A program made the position numbers and the translations under genes. A model generated the notes under the pieces. The model ran no database searches and had not been told where the DNA came from. It saw nothing but the letters and a program-made list of their open reading frames with translations. A stretch of 57,419 bases of DNA, filler included, from Sphacelaria rigidula (taxonomy: Eukaryota): assembly GCA_964200075.2 (NCBI GenBank). It is 5 parts of 5 records of this genome, joined end to end, with 100 filler letters (N's around TTAATTAATTAA, not from the genome) between each part and the next. Parts side by side here need not be neighbours in the genome. Positions count along the whole stretch, not along the records: positions 46,018 to 57,419 come from CAXNAA020004959.1; 4 more parts are not named here. The stretch is one strand, 5' to 3'. This document shows, piece after piece, positions 49,062 to 57,419 of this stretch (positions are counted from its first letter, which is position 1; each line of letters opens with the position of its first letter).

Positions 49062-49318
49062 TGTTCGTATATTGGTCAATTCTGCATCCGCAGACATCTT
49101 TCGAGGAAGTGTAAGATATGTGTCTTTGGAAGTTTCCGTAGAAAGGAATGCTATCCAGAACAAGAGTGAGAATGTTCCACGGGACATTTATATGGCCCGC
49201 GGGAGATTGGCTTGATGTGTGGTTCTCGGCATTGTAGGTGGGAGTTGTTGACCCCCTCGAGGGTCACTGTCTTTTGTTTCCCGATAATAAAATATTTCTT
49301 CTTCATTCATTGTGAACA
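49062..49318 (+). repeat. 3' LTR (257 bp)
   Basis: TGTTC...GAACA inverted termini with an internal AATAAA. The 5' LTR is outside the contig. Confidence 0.75.
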
Positions 49319-49349
49319 AGCTGCCGGGGCAGGCAGCGATCTCTGGACA

Positions 49350-49928
49350 ATAAGTTCAACGGCGGTCTCCGCACTACGGTACTGCTGCTGCTGTTGCTTT
49401 TGCGGCTAGCTAGTGGTGGTTCGTCGATGTATGCGTGCGCGTGATCTGTGTTGTGGGTGTGCGTGCTACGCCTATATGCCTCCTCTGGTTTGGGTGAGTG
49501 CCTTCAAAAATGGTGTGCCGGCTCTGCTGTGCGCAGGCGGATATCAACAGACGGGCTGAAACGCAAGGGAGTTGGGGTGTTGCTGAACAAAACTGCAATA
49601 TGCTTGCTTGCTGGAGCAATATGGCTGCGAGGGCACTGTTGTTTACACTACAGAGAATATTGCGCTCTACCATTGTCTGTACACAATGTTGACTGTTTGT
49701 GCTGTACTTTTGGTAGGCGCGAGAAGCGTGTGCGATAAGTTCAACGGCAGTTTCCGTACTACAGTACTGCTGCTGCTGTTGCTTTTGCGGCTACCTAGTG
49801 GCGGTTCGTCAGTGCATGTGTGCGTGTGAGCTGTGTTGTGGGTGTGCGTGCTGCGGCATGCCCTATATGTCTGCTCTATTTTGGGTGGGTGTGTTCAAAA
49901 ATGGTGTGCCGGCTCTGTCGTGTACACG
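49350..49928. repeat. Direct duplication of ~190 bp, period ~385 bp
   Basis: ataagttcaacggc...ttcaaaaatggtgtgccggctctg at ~49350 and ~49735. Confidence 0.85.
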
Positions 49929-50525
49929 CTGTGTTTCATCAGGAAAACTGACATCACTCTCTGCGCTTTCGATTTGTTTGCGCCGGGATCCCGACATGAA
50001 ACTTTCGCCGACAAACGGGCAAGATCATCCTCTGCGACACAACAGGCACGGAGCTATTGGTGTTGATGCGTGGTGTTGGCCGCAGTGCGCTCGAGTTGAT
50101 AGTTGAGTTGCTGCGGCATGGACAACATGATATTAGCTGGGTGTTCAAGTGTAATCATGTCATGAGAGTGTGCATCGCGTAATGACAACCGTTCACACCC
50201 GCCGCAGCACATGCGCAGGAACATAGTGCATCCGGGCAAATAACGACATTTGGATGCTCTGAGTACTCTACACGGCCGTATACCTGCAAGTAGGGACACT
50301 TGTGAAATCACACCATCATCGTACTACAAGTACCGTCGTCTGCTGTCTGCTGTGCGGACTGTACACGATGTACAGCGGGCAACATACGACAGCAGTACAG
50401 AAGTACTACTCTACAGGGCCTATGTTAATCGTGTGATTTCACTCATGGTAAATGTAAGATCCAGGATACTATCACGAAACTATCAGAGGAAAATGTGGCG
50501 GATTAACCGATGGGAAACGGTACTA

Positions 50526-50969
50526 ACACGGCATCTTACAAATTGGGGATGGATCATTTATTGGGGATGAGAAACCCGGAGGATTAAAATCTTCGTATTC
50601 GCACCAAATATTCGAAATATGGTTCCATTTTTTCACCTACTGACAGCTATTGACAGCTGCTACACGCCATAGAAATTTGGATTTTGATCACCGAAATGTT
50701 GGGGTCCTAGGTGAAAAATCAATGTTGTGGAAATCTGGGTGTCCGAACGGACGCCAACATGGTTCCGACATTGTTTTTTTCACCTAGGACCCCAACATTT
50801 CGGTGATCGAAATCCAAATTTCTATGGCGTATAGAAGTTGTCAATAGCTATCAGTAGGTGAACTAATGGAACCATTTATCGAATATTCGGTGCGGATACG
50901 AAAAAATTTAATTCTCCAGGTTTCTCATCCCCAATAAATGATCCATCCCCAATTTGTAAGATCTCTTGT
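50526..50969. mobile_element. MITE family Z
   Basis: TA|acacggcatcttacaaattggggatgg...ccatccccaatttgtaagatctcttgt|TA, a near-perfect palindrome. Confidence 0.9.
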
Positions 50970-51748
50970 TAACTGGTGATTTCCAGAAATGGTACTGAGA
51001 ACGACGGTTCGGATCGATTCTCGGAATGTTCTGGAAAGTGTTGGTCGTTCTCACTTTTGTTCTCGAAGGATCCGGAAACGACGGGGAGTTATATTGTGGT
51101 ATGCGGTATGTTTCTGCGGAATAAAACAGGAGGTGTTTGCCGTAAGTCGAGAAGGATTCTCGACGGAGATGCGGAGGCGCATCTCTCTCCTCCACCGTGT
51201 TCAGTGTTGTTTGTGTGCGTGTGCCTTCCTACCCATGGGCGGTCTGATTCGAATTAGACAATAAAAGACAACTATACGCTTCTGCTTCTGTTACTTCATC
51301 TTCGACAGCGGACGCTGTGAGAGATTGCCTTCTACGTTTTCGGTTGAGCATTGAGTGCTCGAGCCATATAGCTCTAGACTCTACCAAACAGCCTATAGTA
51401 GTGCTCTGAACAGTTGACAAGTGATGCGATACAGGACCACTCCCGCTACTCGTGCTGCCACTTGGATAGCCTGCACAGTACACAGACACAGTGTACGGCT
51501 CACCCCGACTAATAGTACGCAGCCGATCGTATCTGCCCATAATCCCATCCCTACCCCCGGTCAACGATCTCTTCCTCCTTCTCCTTCCGCTCCGGGCCGT
51601 CAATACTGTGCGCTCCGCTTCCGGTAATCGTCAGTCATCTCCACTTTGGGCCGCTGCTGTTGCGGGCATCCGCCTCTTTCCTTTGTTCTTGGGTTTGATG
51701 GTGGTATCCTCGCCTCGAAGCTTCCGCTTCAATAGAGCAACACCCCCC

Positions 51749-51798
51749 CCCCACATCGGTCATGCATGATCATGATCATGAGTACACCCCACATCGGT
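51749..51798 (+). mobile_element. 26-nt LINE-terminus insertion with 12-bp TSD
   Basis: ccccacatcggt at 51749-51760 and 51787-51798 flanks catgcatgatcatgatcatgagtaca. Confidence 0.75.
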
Positions 51799-51847
51799 AG
51801 ACTACAACTTGTCTGCTTTCTTCTGTGCCGCATTTGTATGTATACTG

Positions 51848-51943
51848 TGCGTGTGTGTGTGTTGCCGTCTCATCTGCTCTGGACGCCGGTGAAGATCTTT
51901 TGGTGTATGTGGGTGCACCAGCTGGGGTCACACACATCGAAGG
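51848..51943 (-). mobile_element. SINE family B, 3' remnant
   Basis: (GT)n plus tatgtgggtgcaccagctggggtcacac matches the SINE B tail. Confidence 0.65.
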
Positions 51944-52259
51944 CCCGTGTTCAGGTTCTGAAACTAAAAAACACAGCAGAACTGCCGTGTTTTCTTGCGT
52001 TTAGGGTAGTATTCTGTAGTCCATACACTACTGCAAAACTGTCTTGTCTGGCGTGTACTGCCCTGTACTCCAGATAATGGGGTCATGGTTTGAGCAGTTT
52101 TTCGAAAAGTTCTGCTCGTTTTTTGAAAAGTTCTTAAAACGTTCTGCTCGTTTTTTGGAAAGTTCTTGAAAAGTTCTGCTCGTTTTTTGAAAATTATTCC
52201 GAAAAAACGAGAGTGTTTTCTGTCACAGAAATCTAATGTCTAATTTGAAAATTGGAAAG

Positions 52260-52325
52260 ATCTACGCAACTACGGTTTGGTCTGAAACCTGCTTGTCCCT
52301 CGCTGAGTTTCTCGTCCTTTTCTAG
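52260..52325 (-). pseudogene. Isolated non-LTR reverse transcriptase fragment
   Basis: LEKDEKLSEGQAGFRPNRSCVD carries the QxGFRxxRSxxD motif. Confidence 0.7.
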
Positions 52326-52502
52326 CGTGTGGGGGAGGGGGCGGGGGAGGGAGGGGTCGAGGCTCATTTTTTGGGAGCCCTTGCAGTGTGCATTAGAGTT
52401 CCACCTCACTCTCAATGATACAAAAAAAACGGTGGCGACTATCGTATGGCCACCGCTGTATCCCTGGGGGGTGCAATTAAAGTGCGACAGAATCAACTAT
52501 TT

Positions 52503-52975
52503 TAGAACCATATTTGATTGCAACCAATCTCGACTTGTACAAACATGAGGATTTCCGTCCGTCTACAGGCGGTTTTCTCCTGTGAATTGACTTCTCGGAC
52601 CTCAGACCGTTGGGCAATATTTTTCGACCAGCTGTGTGAGAAATCAGAACAATTATCTGATTCTCTGGACGTTGACTTTTGATATATCACCGTTCTGCTA
52701 AAACCGGGACGCTTTAACATCTCCTTCGATTTTTCTCCGATGTTTTTACAAAAAATCTGGAGCGATGCGAGAAAATCTAGATTGGTTTCAGTACAAAGGT
52801 GATATACCAAAAGTCAATCGCAGAATGTATCTGGTTTTCTCACAGCCTGCCGAAAAATAGTGCCCAACGGACAGAAGTCCGGAAATTCAATCCACGGGAG
52901 AAAACCGCCTGTAGACGGGTGGAAATCCTCATATTAGTTCAGGTCGAGATTGGTTCCCATAAAATATGGCTTCAT
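52503..52975. mobile_element. MITE family Y, standalone
   Basis: Palindromic. atgaggattt...ccgtctacaggcg and ccgttgggca match 12610-13061. Confidence 0.8.
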
Positions 52976-54976
52976 CACATCAAAATGTGACTGACCTCTT
53001 GAGGATGATCGATAACCGACCAGAGAAACTCCCAGGGTTTTGAAGAGGTGGAAATGATAAGTTTTTCCTCGTATCGGAGTAGAAATTGAACAGTCATATA
53101 TATGCAAGTGTATGCTGCAATAAAACTCGGGTGCGCGTGCCGCTGTTTGTGTCTCAGCATTACATATGGCACATGACCAGGCCCGTCCGACGTTTTGCTG
53201 AGGAGGGCATGCAGGATCCAGTGTATCAGACTGTGAAGCTTTCTTGAAGTAATTTTGAGCATTTGTGCGACATTCCGGGGGTGCCGGCTGGCCAAAAAGG
53301 ATGGGTGCATAAAATACTGACGACGTTATCCTTGATTAATCGAAGGACTCACATTGGAGCTACATGCATGACCACGGGTCCGAGAGATCGAGCTAATGCG
53401 ATGGAAATAGAAATAATAAAAAGAGAAATCGCTACTATACGAGTTCAACCAGATACCAACCTGGGTGTACGAAAATTCGAGGGGAAAGTGCGCTGGAATC
53501 TTCCTGAGTCCAGCATGACTTCCGACGGTGGCGCAATCCGCGAAACCCTTTTTCGAGCAAAACATCGGCGCATAAATCGCCAAATTGGGTAATATATATT
53601 TTCCACCCAACAAGCGGACAAAAAAATGGGATCTTCGATCCGATGCTTTTCTCAAAAGTTCACAACGCAAATGGCGAACCTCGAGAAAAAAAATGCTGCA
53701 TTTTTTTGTTTGGTCCCTTTTGCCAGGACCAGCTTGTGCCACAGGTCGGTAGGCGTGAACGGAGTGTTATGGAAAAATATGTTTCACGGTTGCGCTACAA
53801 GATAGATAAAGCACGGTTGCGCTACAATCTTGACGAAATTAGATTCGAGGGGAGTCTATTGGGGGAAGGCGTCGCGCTTCCACCGCATCGAGGGGGGTGG
53901 CTTGTATATGACGGCGCCAGCTTCTATTTCGTGACATGCAGCGCCCGCTGAGTTCTGTGTTTTTCTTTCTGGCCACATTTAGTGGGCAAGTGGGATTCAC
54001 GTCTACCGTGCATAAAATGCTTGACAGGCATGGGAATAGTCACGTCTACACACCACCAGTCCCGGTTACAGTGACAATTGGGCCATGGTCACAACGGTAC
54101 AGCACTGTGTGACTGCCTAGGTATGTTTTTCTTTTCGGTCGGTAACATCCTCAACGCCAACATGACGGTCCCGGCTCAGGTGTCCCACCCACGGGCTTTC
54201 AAAAGAGATGTAGTCCACATCCGCAAATGAAACCATCAAGTTGGCACAACACAGCGCTTCCGACGATTGTGAGGGCTTTGCTAGTCATTTTCCAAAAACG
54301 ATGCATACGTATGTACATGCATATGGTCTCGCAGTACGCGGTGAGGACCACAGACAAACCGATGTCCCTTTGCTTCCCTTGCGCTCTCGGCATGTCTGTC
54401 GTGCAGCAGCAATCAAACTCGCGAGTCGAAAACAGCAAGGGTGACCTCAGAAATGCCAAACAAGCGCTTGATTGGCCGCACACCTATCTTTAATGCAGCC
54501 AAACGGCGATGGCAGTCATGGGTGGGCCGCAGCCCTCACCCTGTGGTACGTTTACGCGGCACGTAACATTCATGTCAAAGTGCCTCTACTTCCATCGCAC
54601 GGCGCCGGGTTGGCCACTGACGCAATCACGTCGAGGACCCACAAGCTTTGTCTTCACCGTACCCGTTTCTCGGGTACCTCATCCTACAACACAAGAATCT
54701 CATGAACAGACACGATGACAAAAAAAAAAAATAGCAAGCTGCTGACAACCATTTGGCACTGCATCGGATTCCCACTATCCCGAACTCAGCGTAGCAGAAG
54801 CTAAAAGTTGTGAACGCCTCATAATCACATGAATCAACCAGAGTGTCTGTCATCTCTCCTCTCTCGCCGTACATCTCCGTGCATTTCGCTCGACAGACAA
54901 CTGGTTTACCGTACTGTACGAAACGATAGAGGCGGAGTTCCAAAAAACGGATCATTCTGCCACCTGCACGCGACTA

Positions 54977-55105
54977 CTACTGGTTTTGGTCGACGCTTTT
55001 GCCGTGCATTTGCGTGAAGAACCCACGAAGACCCGAGAACACGCCACCGAAGTTGGCGGGTCGCACGATCCTCTCCGCGATCCAGCCGGGTAATTGACGT
55101 ATCAC
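54977..55105 (-). CDS. DDX11: DDX11/Chl1-like Fe-S DNA helicase, last exon
   Basis: cgatag| acceptor, phase 0. Translates VIRQLPGWIAERIVRPANFGGVFSGLRGFFTQMHGKSVDQNQ* (LPxWI...FG...FF). Confidence 0.8.
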   Translation of the reverse strand: MIRQLPGWIAERIVRPANFGGVFSGLRGFFTQMHGKSVDQNQ

Positions 55106-55845
55106 CTATCGTTGACGGGACACAACCAAAAGGGCGTAGCACCGCAGCGCACCGCACGTCTTCACTTCACGCCTTCGTGTATGCATATGTAGCTGATACC
55201 ATTGCCCATAGAGCGAGCAGACTCGACACTACCCGCGTCGTGATATACGCCTATCTTTTGGTTCTTTCAGTTTCATGTACTATGCCTGTCAGTCTGCCGC
55301 AGTACTTATTGAACATGAAGGCTTGGACGGGAGAAAAATATTGAGGACGTTTTTCGGCAAAAAACAAGCGAATAGTGCATGCAAAATACAGCCTAGGGAC
55401 ATCGATGTGCAAACACAAGACATTTTGGAAAACAAAAGGATGTTGACACCTCACGAGCAAAAAAAGTCAGTAAAACTCCGCAAAAACCTGTCCTACGGCA
55501 AGCACTCTGGAGCAACAAGACACGGCACAAACTCTTCAGCTGAACGCAACACAGTGCTGACATCGTTTTGGGTTTCCACAATTCAAATATGGAGGATTTT
55601 CTCCCAGCTCTGACGTACGTGGCACAATAAAACTAACACATATGTGACGAACAGCACCCGCCCTTGTGAATAGCATTCCCGAGTGATGAATTTTCGGCTG
55701 ACTTTGGACTCATGATATCAGTATCTACAGGGCTATCAAGATATACGTGGAATATCACCCCCACACACCTGAATAGCACCCATTGTTGGAAAGTCTCCGG
55801 GCTACCATAACTAACCACCACGTTAATATAACCCGCTACCCTCAC

Positions 55846-55981
55846 CTGATCATCCCTGTATCGTTCGTCCACCAGGAGAATGCTTGAGTAATCCCCTGCG
55901 TGTCGAATGGACCTTCCAATAGATTGATTCACCGCTCTCATGCAGATGCTGCTGTAGAACTCTCGTCCCGCTCGACCGCGA
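55846..55981 (-). CDS. DDX11: DDX11/Chl1-like helicase, penultimate exon (motif VI)
   Basis: [45 protein letters not shown]|gtgagg. [15 protein letters not shown] is typical of DDX11 among XPD-family helicases. The acceptor is less certain. Confidence 0.85.
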
Positions 55982-56916
55982 CTATGTTTTTTTCAGAACA
56001 ATATTCCAAAACCAACAAACACGTGAGCTTGCCTTATCACTTGGTCGAATCTCACATTGACGAACATTCTCGGGGTTTCATGATTTTAAAAATAGCGGCA
56101 GCCCAAGGCGTACCGAGAACCCCCGGGCAAGGAGGATACAGAGGGTGCAACAAGCAAAGTGTACCTTGGCGGCAGACTTCAAATCGGCGCCTGCAGCGCC
56201 AATTCAAACAAAAACGCGTTCTGCGCACACTTGAAGCACTTGGTGATGTTAGCCCCACTAGACAATCCGAAGATCGATGTTCACACTAGAATCAAGTCAT
56301 CAAATTCCCGGGAAAATTGAATTTCGACCAAGTGGGAAATGTATCTACTGCAGTTTTTCTTTTCTTTTCAACATGATGAACTGAAACTGTGTACATGTAC
56401 AACAACGCAGGTAATTCAGGTAGATCATTCTTGTTTTGGTCGACCAAACCTACCCAGCTGTCAACCCACTGCAAGTTTATTGTTTATTCATTCATGCACA
56501 CAGAGAGTCGGTCTATGTTCATGCAAAAGCTCTGCACCTCTCAAGTCGGCGAGAGAGTCACGAACCATCCACCGGAGCGCTTCTCTTAGTTGACTTGTTT
56601 TATTGATTCTCGCACTTGAACTAACCCCCCCCCCCCAGGTAGTCATGATCCAGCCGTTGTCATAATACATACGATAGACGTCGTTGTCATTATCCACATG
56701 ATAGACGTACTGTACCCGACACAGCAACAGAATCGAAACACTCGCTGAAGAAAAAAGAAGGAAACAAAAAACGTGGAACAGAAAAGAGTAGGCTGAAGAG
56801 AAAAAAGATAATTTACAAAACAAAAGCACTGTAACAAATGAACGAACGTACCAGGTATTCGATTCAAAACAAAAGCACTTTGTGGGGTTGTGTGACGCAA
56901 GGGGATGCGTATCAGG

Positions 56917-57159
56917 CCAACTTCAAAGTCGCGAATGGTATCCCACTACTTCATGGATTACAACATCGACTTCTCTCGGATAAAGCATATAGAATACCAA
57001 CTTCAAAGTCGCGAATGGTACCCCACTACTTCATGGATTACAACATCGACTTCTCTCGGATAAAGCATATAGAATACCAACTTCAAAGTCGCGAATGGTA
57101 TCCCACTACTTCATGGATTACAACATCGACTTCTCTCGGATAAAGCATATAGAATACCA
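56917..57159. repeat. 80-bp tandem repeat, 3 near-identical copies
   Basis: Units start at 56917, 56997 and 57077, with one T/C difference seen. Confidence 0.95.
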
Positions 57160-57397
57160 GCGCTCGAAGCACTGAACGCTGTGCACGAACATTGAGTGTT
57201 CCACCTCGATGTATTGAGAACCTGTGTGTATTTATCACGCCATCAGATTCGTTACGAGGAGTTATGGAAGTACTGCATCCATCTGCGACGAAACAAAATG
57301 CAATGCAGTTTACCGAGGGACAGATTTTTCCATCTCTTCAGACCACGAGCCGGTCCCGAAGAACGGGGGCGGGGGGGCAGGGGGGGGGGGAGGGGGG

Positions 57398-57419
57398 CGT
57401 ACTCATTTGTTGCTTGCCT
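57398..57419 (-). mobile_element. LINE 3' terminus at contig end
   Basis: G-run followed by cgtactcatttgttgcttgcct. Confidence 0.8.

Larger units (their letters stand above)
46073..49318 (+). mobile_element. Ty1/Copia LTR retrotransposon, 3' part, decayed
   Basis: Integrase, RT and RNase H in Copia order, followed by a PPT and an LTR. Confidence 0.95.

Noticed and set aside
56917-57159. CRISPR array
   Set aside because: Head-to-tail 80-bp units without unique spacers, no cas genes, eukaryotic context.

Overview
Eukaryotic, intron-rich and repeat-dense DNA; GT-AG exons, tRNA-derived SINEs and Copia/LINE peptides suggest a brown alga (inference). The window is not one locus. Four identical 100-nt spacers (N44-TTAATTAATTAA-N44) join five contigs of 11407, 11404, 11404, 11402 and 11402 nt, sorted by length, so adjacency across gaps means nothing. 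Host genes found are the last three exons of an RCE1-type CAAX prenyl protease (+), the last two exons of a ClpP protease subunit (-) and the last two exons of a DDX11/Chl1-like helicase (-). The rest is mobile DNA: a decayed Ty1/Copia element with PPT and 3' LTR, two SINE families, at least seven MITE/foldback families, and probable fossils of hAT transposases, a Pif1/Helitron-like helicase and a D5-like SF3 helicase. Two signals stand out. (1) Four long (0.4-0.9 kb) GC-rich hairpins look built from coding-like sequence rather than MITEs; three lie in paralogous copies of one unidentified element, and two use the same arm in opposite order (A-A' versus A'-A), so they are candidate hpRNA/miRNA loci. 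(2) A LINE family whose ORF stop lies about 5 nt from its 3' end has no poly(A), ends in oligo(C) and inserts at C-runs, with TSDs visible in two copies. All calls were made by eye; no searches were run.
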